Numbered from the stretch's first letter, positions 15,501 through 30,040 are shown. The stretch is DNA of 64,000 nt from Eledone cirrhosa (GCA_964016885.1 OZ024741.1:40052001-40116000), one strand, 5' to 3'. The notes: generated by a model not told the origin, from the sequence alone. Made by a program: numbers and translations.

Positions 15501-18500
15501 CACACACACTCAAACATTTACAGCAATACACACACACTCAAACATTTACAGCAATACACACACACTCAAACATTTACAGCAATACACATACACTCAAACA
15601 TTTACAGCATTACACACACAAACATTTACAGCAATACACACACACTCGAACATTTACAGCAATACACACACACTCGAACATTTACAGCAATACACACACA
15701 CTCAAACATTTACAGCAATACACACACACTCGAACATTTACAGCAATACACACACACTCGAACATTTACAGCAATACACACACACTCGAACATTTACAGC
15801 AATACACACACAAACATTTACAGCAAATAACACACACTCAAACATTTACAGCAATACACACACAAACATTTACAGCAATACACACACACTCAAACATTTA
15901 CAACAATACACACACAAACATTTACAGCAATACACACACACTCAAACATTTACAGCTATACACACACACTCAAACATTTACAGCAATACACACACACTCA
16001 AACATTTACAGCAATACACATACACTCAAACATTTACAGCAATACACACACACTCAAACATTTACAGCAATACACACACACTCAAACATTTACAGCAATA
16101 CACACACACTCAAACATTTACAGCAATACACATACACTCAAACATTTACAGCAATACACACACAAACATTTACAGCAATACACACACACTCGAACATTTA
16201 CAGCAATACACACACACTCGAACATTTACAGCAATACACACACACTCAAACATTTACAGCAATACACACACACTCGAACATTTACAGCAATACACACACA
16301 CTCGAACATTTACAGCAATACACACACACTCGAACATTTACAGCAATACACACACAAACATTTACAGCAATACACACACACTCGAACATTTACAGCAATA
16401 CACACACAAACATTTACAGCAATACACACACACTCAAACATTTACAGCAATACACACACACTCAAACATTTACAGCAATACACATACACTCAAACATTTA
16501 CAGCAATACACACACACTCGAACATTTACAGCAATACACACACACTCAAACATTTACAGCAATACACACACACTCGAACATTTACAGCAATACACACACA
16601 CTCAAACATTTACAGCAATACACACACACTCAAACATTTACAGCAATACACACACACTCAAACATTTACAGCAATACACACACACTCAAACATTTACAGC
16701 AATACACACACACTCAAACATTTACAGCAATACACTCATACTCGAACATTTAGAGCAATACACACACAAACATTTACAGCAATACACACACACTCGAACA
16801 TTTACAGCAATACACACACAAACATTTACAGCAATACACACACACTCAAACATTTACAGCAATACACACACAAACATTTACAGCAATACACACACACTCA
16901 AACATTTACAACAATACACACACAAACATTTACAGCAATACACACACACTCAAACATTTACAGCAATACACACACACTCGAACATTTACAACAATACACA
17001 CACACTCGAACATTTACAGCAATACACACACACTCAAACATTTACAGCAATACACACACACACAAACATTTACAGCAATACACACACACTCGAACATTTA
17101 CAGCAATACACACACAAACATTTACAGCAATACACACACACTCAAACATTTACAGCAATACACACACACTCAAACATTTACAGCAATACACACACACACA
17201 AACATTTACAGCAATACACACACACTCAAACATTTACAGCAATACACACACAAACATTTACAGCAATACACACACAAACATTTACAGCAATACACACACA
17301 AACATTTACAGCAATACACACACACTCGAACATTTACAGCAATACACACACAAACATTTACAGCAATACACACACAAACATTTACAGCAATACACACACA
17401 CTCAAACATTTACAGCAATACACACACAAACATTTACAGCAATACACACACACTCAAGCATTTACAGCAATACACACACACTCAAACATTTACAGCAATA
17501 CACACACACTCAAACATTTACAGCAATACACACACACTCAAACATTTACAGCAATACACATACACTCAAACATTTACAGCAATACACACACAAACATTTA
17601 CAGCAATACACACACACTCAAACATTTACAGCAATACACACACACTCAAACATTTACAGCAATACACACACACTCAAACATTTACAGCAATACACATACA
17701 CTCAAACATTTACAGCAATACACACACAAACATTTACAGCAATACACACACACTCGAACATTTACAGCAATACACACACACTCGAACATTTACAGCAATA
17801 CACACACACTCAAACATTTACAGCAATACACACACACTCGAACATTTACAGCAATACACACACACTCGAACATTTACAGCAATACACACACACTCGAACA
17901 TTTAGAGCAATACACACACAAACATTTACAGCAATACACACACACTCGAACATTTACAGCAATACACACACAAACATTTACAGCAATACACACACACTCA
18001 AACATTTACAGCAATACACACACAAACATTTACAGCAATACACACACACTCAAACATTTACAACAATACACACACAAACATTTACAGCAATACACACACA
18101 CTCAAACATTTACAGCTATACACACACACTCAAACATTTACAGCAATACACACACACTCAAACATTTACAGCAATACACATACACTCAAACATTTACAGC
18201 AATACACACACACTCAAACATTTACAGCAATACACACACACTCAAACATTTACAGCAATACACACACACTCAAACATTTACAGCAATACACATACACTCA
18301 AACATTTACAGCAATACACACACACTCGAACATTTACAGCAATACACACACACTCGAACATTTACAGCAATACACACACACTCAAACATTTACAGCAATA
18401 CACACACACTCGAACATTTACAGCAATACACACACACTCGAACATTTACAGCAATACACACACACTCGAACATTTACAGCAATACACACACAAACATTTA

Positions 18501-19570
18501 CAGCAATACACACACACTCGAACATTTACAGCAATACACACACAAACATTTACAGCAATACACACACACTCAAACATTTACAGCAATACACACACACTCA
18601 AACATTTACAGCAATACACATACACTCAAACATTTACAGCAATACACACACACTCGAACATTTACAGCAATACACACACACTCAAACATTTACAGCAATA
18701 CACACACACTCGAACATTTACAGCAATACACACACACTCGAACATTTACAGCAATACACACACACTCGAACATTTAGAGCAATACACACACAAACATTTA
18801 CAGCAATACACACACACTCGAACATTTACAGCAATACACACACAAACATTTACAGCAATACACACACACTCAAACATTTACAGCAATACACACACAAACA
18901 TTTACAGCAATACACACACACTCAAACATTTACAACAATACACACACAAACATTTACAGCAATACACACACACTCAAACATTTACAGCAATACACACACA
19001 CTCGAACATTTACAACAATACACACACACTCGAACATTTACAGCAATACACACACACTCAAACATTTACAGCAATACACACACACACAAACATTTACAGC
19101 AATACACACACACTCGAACATTTACAGCAATACACACACAAACATTTACAGCAATACACACACACTCAAACATTTACAGCAATACACACACACTCAAACA
19201 TTTACAACAATACACACACAAACATTTACAGCAATACACACACACTCAAACATTTACAACAATACACACACACTCAAACATTTACAGCAATACACACACA
19301 CTCAAACATTTACAGCAATACACACACAAACATTTACAGCAATACACACACACTCAAACATTTACAGCAATACACACACAAACACTCGAACATTTACAGC
19401 AATACACACACACTCAAACATTTACAGCAATACACACACACTCAAACATTTACAGCAATACACACACAAACATTTACAGCAATACACACACACTCGAACA
19501 TTTACAGCAATACACACACACTCAAACATTTACAGCAATACACACACACTCGAACATTTACAGCAATACA
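3570..19570. repeat. ~16 kb minisatellite of 24-bp (aacatttacagcaatacacacaca) and 28-bp (plus ctca/ctcg) units with higher-order repeats
   Basis: Continuous array. 300-bp sub-blocks (9x28 + 2x24) and ~3.2-3.5 kb blocks, shown by rare variants and near-identical ORF-track entries at 6926, 10158, 13686 and 17206. Confidence 0.98.
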
Positions 19571-19762
19571 TACGCGCATATACGTATATATAATTATAAA
19601 CAAATATATAGATATAAATGTGTTCTTAGATGCACACACACAAACAGACAAACCCACAGACATTCACAGAAATACGCACACGCACACACACACACACTAA
19701 TATACGTATATATAATTATAAATAAATATAGAGATATGAATATATCAAAGGTTGAGTTAGAA

Positions 19763-20028
19763 ACTCAAAATAGTCTCTTACAATTAAATAGCCTCTTACA
19801 AACATAGTCCTACTCAAAATTGTCTCTTACAATTAAATAGCCTCTTACAAACATAGTCTTACTCAAAATAGTCTCTTACAATTAAATAGCCTCTTACAAA
19901 CATAGTCTTACTCAAAATAGTCTCTTACAATTAAATAGCCTCTTACAAACATAGTCTTACTCAAAATAGTCTCTTACAATTAAATAGCCTCTTACAAACA
20001 TAGTCTTACTCAAAATAGTCTCTTACAA
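19763..20028. repeat. 49-bp tandem repeat, ~5.4 copies
   Basis: Unit actcaaaatagtctcttacaattaaatagcctcttacaaacatagtctt starts at 19763, 19812, 19861, 19910, 19959 and 20008. Confidence 0.95.
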
Positions 20029-20329
20029 AGAAAGAGGGTTTTCTGAGCCGTGTAGTATAATTGAATATAAAAGTGTCCTTTACGATTTGAACACATGTAT
20101 GTTTATATATGTCTTTATCTTTCTTTTATATTCAGTTATACTAGATATGAATATATGTATTCTTAGATGAACACACAGGCATATAGTTATTCATCACAGT
20201 TTTTCAGAAGCTTTACATGGTATGTGTGAGTTATATTTGTATATGTATATTTGATATATACACAATACTATTGAGTCTATACAGAAACAGACTCATTAAC
20301 TGCTTAATGAACACAACTACAAGGATATG

Positions 20330-20475
20330 GTCGGAACGTGGAAGAGCCGTACTCTCCGTATGGTGAGAAAATGGGGTCCCACGTACTGGCCTCCCAACAG
20401 CCCCGGCGGACAGATTGAAGAAGGAGTTTCCCCGGAGGATGGTAAGGGAGATACGCTGGAAGAGCCATTCCAACT
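20330..20475 (-). mobile_element. CRE-clade non-LTR retrotransposon, short 3' end
   Basis: WLFQRISLTILRGNS matches the CRE C-terminal FQR(L/I)SxxxxRGN motif. Similar at DNA level to ~27810-27900. Confidence 0.7.
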
Positions 20476-20774
20476 CTATGTTAAAAGTTTAAGTAGCCTT
20501 CGGTTAATTTACAAAGCAGCGGAGAAAATTGAAATTTGGAAATATCGGAACGTTTTGATGAAGCCTCTACGGACAACAGTCATAAGACAAGATCCCATAC
20601 CGAATGAGGTTTCTGTCTCAACCCTTACATCACTTATTCATTATTGATAATGATCTTCATTGTGGCGGCTTTCCAAAAAATCTAACATATTTTCTAATTT
20701 CAAATTTCTCCAAATGCTTCATAAATTAAGAATATATATACATATATATTTTCTTATTTTATATATATATATAT

Positions 20775-20833
<59 letters not shown>

Positions 20834-21246
20834 AACCCATAGTGTGTAAATATGTATATAGACATGTACCGCGTGGTTAAACCACTGGGAGTGAAGGACC
20901 CCTAGACTTTGTCAGGGCATTCTTCTAGGAGAAGGCAACCCAGAAAACTGGGATAACTCCGATATAAAACCTGCGGCTCAGTAGTTACCGTTGATGTTGA
21001 TCTTTTTTTCTTTTCGGGTTATAGCTACTGTCGCTCAGATAGTGGGATTGGCTCAGTGCACAGTTTTTCCTCACTTTAAAAAATACCTTCACACACAGGC
21101 ATTGCACCATAGAATTAATTAATAATTATAAATAATGGTATATCGTGCAATGGGCATACTCGATAACGAGGGGGTAGCCATTATGCATCATGTATAACAC
21201 ATACAAAATAAGTGTGTATATGTATAATACATATATATGCATGTAT

Positions 21247-21286
<40 letters not shown>

Positions 21287-21391
21287 GTTTCTACTTCTGA
21301 CACAAGGGCAGCAATTATCCCAGTGCATTACTGACATGACATGTATAACACATGCATATGTGTGTATATGTATAATACATACATATATATG

Positions 21392-21489
<98 letters not shown>

Positions 21490-22139
21490 AAACTAACTTA
21501 GACGGGAACAAAAACAGAGAGGCAGTACAAATAAGAGTTTATTAGGTTCACGCTTTTGAGAGTGGGTGGGGGGGGGGGGTATATATACATATACACAATC
21601 ATGAATAATTAATTGGCATATATATTTGGGAGTGGACTATAATTTAAAACTCATTATCTATCTTTGATTACGCTTGTAATATTTAATTTACTTCGAATGT
21701 AATCAAATGTTGCGTAATCGAAATACTATCTTAGATTCCATACAACATCAAATGAGATGAAAGGAATTTTCAGCCTTTAAAATCTTTCTTTTTTGAGAAA
21801 TGGAATTCTTGGCTATGTTGACAAATGTATAAATATATAAGTAAAAGATTTCGTTTCAAGTCGTCTGCTTCATACAATTTCCAACAGCTAGTGTTCTGGA
21901 ATAGTAAGGACACTAGAATGATAGAATGGTAAAGTTAGTCCAATATACAACGGTTGGTTGAAAAGATCATAGAGTGACCAAGATACTCTCATGTAATGAC
22001 CAAATGAGGTTATTTCTGAACATAGTACCTGGAAAGAAACAAAAAGAAGAGTTGAAATTAATGAATTCAAGATTTCACAGCTCTACAATTAATCCTTCAT
22101 ATTTAGTCTGAATTAAGAAGCTAAGTGTCAACGGAGAAG

Positions 22140-22600
22140 CAACTCCATTAAATTTCATGTGGGGCTCAAATTATACAAATCCCTAGTGATGTCCATACTT
22201 GTGTATGGGTGTGAGAGCTGGACCCTTGCAGTTGACATGGAGCAAAGAACCCAGACATTCCATAACAGGTGCTTCAAAAAGCTGCTACGCATTTTAGAAA
22301 TAGAGAACAGAAAAATAGTTTTGTCAAGCAGCAAATACACTGGCAGACAGGAACCACATCTTGCGATGATCAAAACTGGAAGCTCACCCTGTGCGGTCAC
22401 TATCCTGTCATGGCTGCCTGTCTAAAACCATCCATCAAGGCACAGCTGAGGGAGGGCGAAGAAAAGATAAAGAAAATCCTGGTCCAACATGATGAAAGAC
22501 TGTACAGGTCACAAAACCAGGACACTTCTACCCATGATGGTTAATAGAGACTGGTGGCAACGCCTTGCTGTGAAGGTGCCTAGAGTGGCATCCTAACATA
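22140..22600 (+). mobile_element. RTE-clade LINE, degenerate 3' RT fragment
   Basis: KLYKSLVMSILVYGCESWTL...FHNRCFKKLLRI carries the RTE LxYGCE(S/T)WT motif; frameshifted further downstream. Confidence 0.85.
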
Positions 22601-22690
22601 TGGTTGCACCAGTTTCTGGAATAATTTAATTATCATGTTATATACATGATGATCAATTTATATATATATATATATATATATACATATAGA

Positions 22691-22893
22691 AGAAAGTATG
22701 ACCCCGACGGCAGAGCTCAAGCCGTTTCGACGGCTATTTCTGGACTAAAGAAATAGTCCAGAAATAGCCGTCGAAACGGCTTGAGCTCTGCCGTCGGGGT
22801 CATACTTTCTCCTATTACCCACTCTACTACCCTAAGTATTGAGTACTCGGGTGCGTTATGGTCCATCTGGTTCCTTACCACAACTCCTCCGTT
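22691..22893 (+). mobile_element. Family A element with a perfect 57-bp-arm fold-back at its 5' end
   Basis: Arms 22691-22747 and 22754-22810, loop aagaaa, flanked by (TA)n. Confidence 0.8.
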
Positions 22894-22903
22894 ATATATA
22901 CAC

Positions 22904-22949
<46 letters not shown>

Positions 22950-23134
22950 TAATCAGTCTACAAATGGCACAAATATACTGACTAAGCTGCAAAAATCTGT
23001 AAGGTGCAACAATCTTGGTACATACGTATATATATATATAAATGTACATAAATACAAAAACACACACATACAGATTCACACACACATAAGCAGACATGAA
23101 CTAAGACAAACACACATGTAAACACACACACACC

Positions 23135-23173
<39 letters not shown>

Positions 23174-23672
23174 TAAAACATGTCTATAGAATCACCAGAT
23201 AAAATATATACCGTTTCCTCTCCCAATTAGCATAATTAACCATATAAAAAATCAATTAGACCAAGCTATAAGAATAAAGGCTCATATGAAGAAATCTCCG
23301 ACAAATAACCGAAAGCAGCCCCTTCGCAGCGGTTACGACGGATCATTTATCGAATATTTCGACAGCATGTATGAATCGACCAGATATACAGTCAACTAGA
23401 CAGAATTAGGTGTAAAATAAACTAGAAGAAAAGTGTACATATTTAATTACCGCTACCATGGTTTCATCCGCATTTTAAGACATCCGATAACATTGGATAT
23501 CTAGAGCTTCGGATTCTTCAAGAAGTTAGCTCAAATTTAGACAATTAATTTTCCAAAGTGATCGCGCCAAGAATACATTCAAAAATGGCTAAGAATCGTG
23601 ACATGGCAGCGGTCAAGTTAGAAAGGATGTGATTAGTTGCTTACGGCTGGTAGGCTTTTTGCTAGAAAGCGC

Positions 23673-23763
<91 letters not shown>

Positions 23764-23799
23764 TGTGTCTGTGTGTCTGTGTCTGTGTGTGTGTGTGTG

Positions 23800-23990
23800 T
23801 AAAACGTAAACAGAAATAACAACACAATCGGTACAGTATATGGAAGGTATGCTTGATATAGCAGCAAGAGAGTCTTAACGTTTCGGACGCTAGTCCTTCA
23901 TCAGAAGAAAGAATGAGAAATAAAATAGATTGAGGTGACGGGCGTGTTGGAATTGGAAAAATGTCTTTCGATAAAAACAACAGGTCCATT
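23800..23990 (-). mobile_element. PLE pLTR-like fragment (family C)
   Basis: Carries the hammerhead at 23871-23910. Related copies at ~31350-31455 (ribozyme 3' half only) and ~38590-38730 (degenerate). Confidence 0.65.
23871..23910 (-). ncRNA. Minimal type I hammerhead ribozyme
   Basis: Minus strand: ucuu-CUGAUGA-a-ggac(uagc)gucc-GAAA-cg-UU-aaga. Stem III is the palindrome ACGU, so it can only form in a dimer. Confidence 0.65.
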
Positions 23991-24469
23991 ATATATATAT
24001 ATATATATATATATACAATATATTTAGAAACACACAGATACATGCGTTCACACACACATATACATGAATGTATCCACATCCATCCTTGAGTTAATGGTGC
24101 CAACCTTAACCGATGTTGCTCTATGAATAACTGGGACAGACCAATCCGGTTGGATTAGACTGAACCAGTATCAGAGCTAAAAGTACATTATGAAGAGAGA
24201 AGAAACATTTAGATATAATTAGTAATAAAATGTATCATACCTAAACTGCTCCTAGATTCCTCGACTACGTAGTTTCGTGGCATAAACAAAAACAATACAT
24301 CATAGAGATATAGAGCTTTTGCGAGGTCTGCCGACTTATCAAGAGGATACCTTGTTTTACTAGCTTCAATAACGCGTCTATATGATGTGAGAAAGAATCC
24401 CAAAAGGCGGAGGGGGAGATAGTCACGTGATACAACGGTCAAGAAACAGAGCTAAGCCTCTTATAACCC

Positions 24470-25127
24470 CGTTATAGCAGTAACCCATTTGCAACTCCGC
24501 AGCGCCCTTATTATCATATTTACACATATTTTTTCCTCTGCTGCTACACGTCTTTTTCGTTCTATGTATCTTTACCCTTTCTAGCAGTCTCTCTCTCTGT
24601 TAGCCTCTTCCTCACCCTTCACTCCCTCATTCTCTGTCACTACCTCTCCTCCTTCTTTTTCTTCCCGTTTGACCTGTGCGTAATTCTTTTCTCTCGCACG
24701 CTCGGCCAAGCTGGTCGGAATTTGTTCTCTCTCTCGTCTACGATTTCACAGAACTTATGTTTACCGAATTCGCAGACCAGACCCCTTCTTCCTCCCGTTA
24801 GACCTGTGCGAAATTCCTTCCTTGCTCACATTTCAACCAGGTTTGATGGTCTTTATTCTCTTGTTCACGATTTCACAGAATTTAAATTCATAGACATTTG
24901 GGACTTGTCTCCTTCTTCCTCACTTTCTGTTGCTTCACCATTTTGTTTGTTTACACTCGCGTCCCCTTTATTTACGTGTCCCAACGACTTTTTTTCGCCG
25001 TTGCTCGCACCAACCGGAGGTATATGGTCTTTAAAGCGATGAAATGCCTATGATGGTTGGAAGATCACTGATGAAGGACAAACTTTTTTCATATGTAACC
25101 CATTTGCAACTCCGCAGCGCCCTTATT

Positions 25128-25135
<8 letters not shown>
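24470..25135 (+). mobile_element. Interspersed repeat (family D) with a terminal ~39-bp direct repeat; probable PLE derivative
   Basis: taacccatttgcaactccgcagcgcccttattatcatat occurs at ~24481 and ~25097. Has ctgatgaaggac without a matching GAAA half. A rearranged copy is at 39270-39800. Confidence 0.5.
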
Positions 25136-25171
<36 letters not shown>

Positions 25172-25207
25172 TATATATATATATGTTATATATATATATA
25201 CAAATAC

Positions 25208-25287
<80 letters not shown>

Positions 25288-25395
25288 GAAAAATACCCTT
25301 CAAATCACCTCCTTTAACTATAAAAACTAGTATATATTGGATGATATATTCTTAGATACTCAATCATATCCTACCCATGGTTAAACTGCACTTAC

Positions 25396-25462
25396 ACAAC
25401 GACAACAACGCCAACAGTAACAATATTACTTTACTTTTATTAGATAAAGAAATGGGCGCCAT
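25396..25462 (-). CDS. Candidate first coding exon encoding a signal peptide (MAPISLSNKSKVILLLLALLSL) of an unidentified secreted or membrane protein
   Basis: Exon 25588-25396 has a strong acceptor (ctttctttcttttttacag) and a consensus GTAAGT donor in phase 1. Start context is aaaATGG, with a basic n-region then a Leu-rich h-region, and an in-frame stop upstream. An alternative in-frame ATG is at 25570. Confidence 0.5.
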
Positions 25463-25734
25463 TTTGTCCTGACATTTCCAGGAAACAATAATCCAGACGT
25501 GCTTTAAACACTTATAATACTCCAGAAAGTCTAAGCAAGTTTTACTGTAGAATACACGGCTGTATTGCATTTAAAACGTACAAAGACGCTGTAAAAAAGA
25601 AAGAAAGACAGAAGTAATCAAAAAGATGGGAGTGGGAGAGTCTTGGCTCCATCTTATTCTACCGTTGTATCGGTGACAAAACTATCGTCACAGTTCACAA
25701 TGTCGTGTGGTATTGAGCTGTTATACGAGGCAAG

Positions 25735-25861
<127 letters not shown>

Positions 25862-25928
25862 TATGTATATAAATATGTAAGTGCCGTACTAAGAGTGAGA
25901 AATGAAATTTCGTTTCATTCTATTACAA

Positions 25929-26031
<103 letters not shown>

Positions 26032-26038
26032 GCATATG

Positions 26039-26111
<73 letters not shown>

Positions 26112-26577
26112 ATATATATGTGTGTATATATATATATATACACATATATATTAAGAAAACAAGAAACTAAAAAACAAGAGGATGCATTAATGTAAAGTCT
26201 TATTAGTTTCACGCTTAATAGAAAGAGAATAAGTTACACACACTCTCATATATATATATATATATATATATTCTCACACATACACACACACTCACGCGCG
26301 CGCACACACACATACATCCACACGCACGCACACACACACATATATATATAAGACTTTCTGTCTTACGGTTATACATATACACGTCTGTGCGTGAATGTGG
26401 TGTGCGAGTATGTTTGTATATATATATATATGTGTGTATGTATGCGTGTGTGTGCACGACGCGCGTACGCGTGCCTGTGTATAACGGAAAAATATGTACA
26501 CAGTCAGTCCATAGTGAAGTATAATGATTTATTAATCATTACTCTGAAATGTTCTTCAAGTCCAGTCGGTTTCTAGC

Positions 26578-26665
26578 GCGCCTTTCATCCTTACAGGGTC
26601 TATAAAATAAGTACCAGTTATGTGCTGGTTAATTTGCTGGCCTTGTGCCAAAAGTAGAAACAATT
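26578..26665 (+). mobile_element. SINE 3' fragment
   Basis: gcctttcatcc...ataagtaccag...gctggccttgtgccaaaagtagaaac, same family as 2629-2815. Confidence 0.7.
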
Positions 26666-27194
26666 ATTTTAAAGTTCCTCCACCTTCTAGACTTTCTTCA
26701 GGGTCTCATGATACTCAGCCTTTGTGCTTCTATCTCAACCCTCCTAAAACATGTCGCAGGACATGTCGCATGGAAACTGCAATATATTTTACGAACAGGC
26801 CCCTCAATCCGAACGCGTTCCCAATGATTGTGTGCGAAGGATGATGTGTTATGATTGCTTTTATTGAATCTGACATCCCGATATATTAAAACTACTACAT
26901 CCCTCAAGTGGCTGGAAGAGACTATGCTATGGATTGAAAAGTGGAGTGAGTTAGACGGAGATGTATTAATCGTTGGTCAGCTATTGACATTATCATACCT
27001 ACAAGGCGTAAACTTTGATTCAGCAGAAAATGACACACAGGAGAGGGAAAATGTGTTGTTGGTGATCAGTGACAAACATATTTCGAATATTCAATACGCG
27101 ATTGATATTATATATTATCGATCTACATCGAGAAGGATGAAAATCAATGAAGAACTCGTCGAGATTTGAACTCTAAACTTAAACAAATGTTACC

Positions 27195-27905
27195 CTAACG
27201 CGTTACTTGTTTTCGTGCGGCCTCCAAACCTCACAGTGGTGCCTGGCTCCATGCCCTGCCCTCCTTCTCCACTGTCACGCAGCTAGACAACCATAGCCTG
27301 CGCATCGGCGTTTCCCTGAGGCTCGGCCTCCGGATCTGCCAGCCACACCAATGTCGCTACGATTCCACCGTGGACTCTTTCGGCCTCCACCCGCTTTCCT
27401 GTCACCACAGTGCCGGCCGCCTTCCACGCCATGCTGCCCTCAACGAGGTTATTAAGCATGGCTTGGACGCTGCAGGCTTCCCTTCCCAGCTCGAGCCGGT
27501 GAGGATGGATCGATGGGGCGGCAAAAGGCCAGATGGCATGACCATCTTCCCGTTCCGCGGTGACAAACCCCTCGTCTGGGATGCCACTTGCACCGACACT
27601 TTCTGCAGCCGCAACCTGGTGCAGTCTGCGACTGACCCAGGTTCTGCTGCACGTCGGGCTGAGGGGGCCAAACTCCTCAAATACCGGCGCTCTCCGACAG
27701 GTTTGCAGTCATACCCCTAGCAGTCGAGACTGGTGTCCTCGGCCCTAGGGCTACCTCCTTACCACAATAGGCGCTGAGCTGGCCAGCCGTAGGTGTGAGC
27801 CTCGCGAGTTGGAGTGGCTTTTCCAGCGCGTCTCCCTTGCCGTCCCCCGGGGAAACACTTTCTCCATTCTGTCCGCCGGGGCTGTGGGTGGGCCCTATCG
27901 CGTAC
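27195..27905 (+). mobile_element. 5'-truncated CRE-clade non-LTR retrotransposon (zinc knuckle and restriction-like endonuclease region), frameshifted
   Basis: GC-rich island translating to SGAWLHALP...LRLG..ICQPHQC...GLHPLSC...RH..LN...EP...KRPDGMT...LVWDATCTDT, then a frameshifted FQRVSLAV.RGN-like end. These are CRE RLE-domain motifs. Confidence 0.85.
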
Positions 27906-28053
27906 CATTGCAGTTGTTTTAGAAGAAACAGGAAGATAACAACTGGAAAGTTTGATTTTCTACACACATACAAACATAGATATATACGTTTGATGTCACA
28001 TTGCTTTAAAAGCGTTAGAACTTTTAGTACTATATATATATATATATATACAC

Positions 28054-28103
<50 letters not shown>

Positions 28104-29499
28104 GTATATGTTCATGGTTCTTTTTACCCCTCTCTCTCCACACACACGCACGCACGCACGCACGCACGCACACATACACCCACACATACCCCCCCCCACA
28201 CACACACACACTTATATACATATATATATATATATATATACTGATGGACCGTCCGGCAGGCGCCCGGCTAGGTATACCTGCCCCCCACCACTCTACTGCA
28301 AAGATACCACACACCCTCCCGTGTCACATTGTCCTTCCGACTTCGTAGCAAAGGGGAGGAGCTACTGTAGAAATGAGTTTAAAAAGAAAGAGTTAAGCTG
28401 TGTTGTTAATACATACATAAATATATACGACCGTCAGCTTTATAAGTATAGATATGTGTGTGTGTGTGTGTGTGTTTGTGTATGTGTGTATGTGCATGTG
28501 TTTGTCTGTGTGTTTTGTTCTGATGTTACCCGGCAATTGGCGAAATCAGGTGTGAAAGTATGTGTATTTGTGTGATCTATTATAGAGAGAGGGAAGAGCG
28601 ACGGAGAGAGTAAAGCTAAGAAACTATAGGGAGGTGTGTAGGATACATAATACATACAACGCTCAGCTTTATAATATTATAGATATATATATACATGAAG
28701 GCTAAGAAGAAAAGGATGTCTTGAGGAGTTGGTTCAAAATTAAAATCTACCACTGACAAACAAATAAACAAGCAAAACATTAAAATTCTACTTATTCCCA
28801 CGGGTGACGGCGGCACCTGGTGATCAGGGAAATACTAAAAAATTATAAATATAGATTTTAGAAAGAAAGAACTACGAAATGTTGACGCCAAGCTACAAGA
28901 CTAGCAGCGCGCGCATCTAATTAACATATAGATGCTTATCGGCGTTAAGATATCCGCTTTCTCCCCAGCCCTGATAACGATCAGATTAGCCAAAATAAAT
29001 GATATTGAAATCATACCCGGATGTAATTTGCTGTTATTTCGTTAATCAACTTGGATGAATATATCTTTCATCAAATCATATGGGATGTATGTGGAGGAAA
29101 GTTCATTTCATACACACACATGCGCTCACACACACACACACATATATATATTTTATAGATATATATATTCATATACAGAGATATGAATATAAATATATTA
29201 TATATATACAAGTATATATGTATATATATATATGTTTATGAGTGTATGTATGCGTGTATATCTATGTATATAAATATATATATGTGTGTGTGTGTGTGCA
29301 TGTATACGAATACTCACACACACATACATATTTATATATATACATACACACATACATATATATATAATTAATTAATTAACAAACGTGTATAAATATATAA
29401 ATATATAAACGAGATATAAATCAATTAGAAGTACAAAAGAGTTCTGACGACAGGTTTTAATACCGAAACTTTTAAATTATATTGTAGTATATAATTCCC

Positions 29500-30040
29500 T
29501 TCTTTATGTTCCGAGTTCAAATCTGACTGAGGTTACAATTTTTAATACTTCTGGGTCGATAGAATAAAGTATCAATCAAATAACGGATAGATTTAACCGA
29601 CTAAATATAACACCAGATATCTTAATTTGTGATTAAGTTGGAAGTATGGATTGACAGTATCGATAGAGGGTCAGACACCATGCCTTGCAGCATCGAGTTA
29701 CGACCCTTTATGGTCTGAGTTCAAATCCCGCCGAGGTTAACTTTACCTTTCATCTTTACGGGGTCGATAAAATAAAGTACAAGTAATACACTGGGATAAT
29801 TGCTTGCCTTGTGCCGAAAGTAGAAACAATTATATGAGGGCGGTCAATTGGCAGTATCGGTAGAGGGTTGGACGCCATGCTTTCTTGCATAGTTGCGTCC
29901 CTTTACGGTCTGAGTTCAAATGCCGTCGAGGTTATCTTTCATCGAGGTTGTCTTTCACCCTTACCGGGTCGATAAAATAAAATACCAGTAATGTACTGGT
30001 TTTTGCTGGCCTTGTGCCAAAAGTAGAAACAATTATATCT
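29500..30040 (+). mobile_element. Three head-to-tail SINE copies
   Basis: gagttcaaat B-boxes at ~29513, ~29717 and ~29912, each followed by the gtcgataaaataaa(g/a)tacc-type body. Confidence 0.8.

Noticed and set aside
3570-19570. CRISPR-like regular repeats
   Set aside because: No unique spacers, no cas genes, eukaryotic context.
20865-21185. Possible RTE 5' UTR or SINE with a ribozyme
   Set aside because: Only vague similarity; I could not support a structure or a family assignment.
24255-24312. Hammerhead-like GAAA-cuacguag-UC-gagg on the minus strand
   Set aside because: The 5' core and stem II are decayed; at most a relic.
25060-25085. ctgatgaaggac (also at ~39729) as a hammerhead
   Set aside because: No matching stem II 3' strand or GAAA follows.
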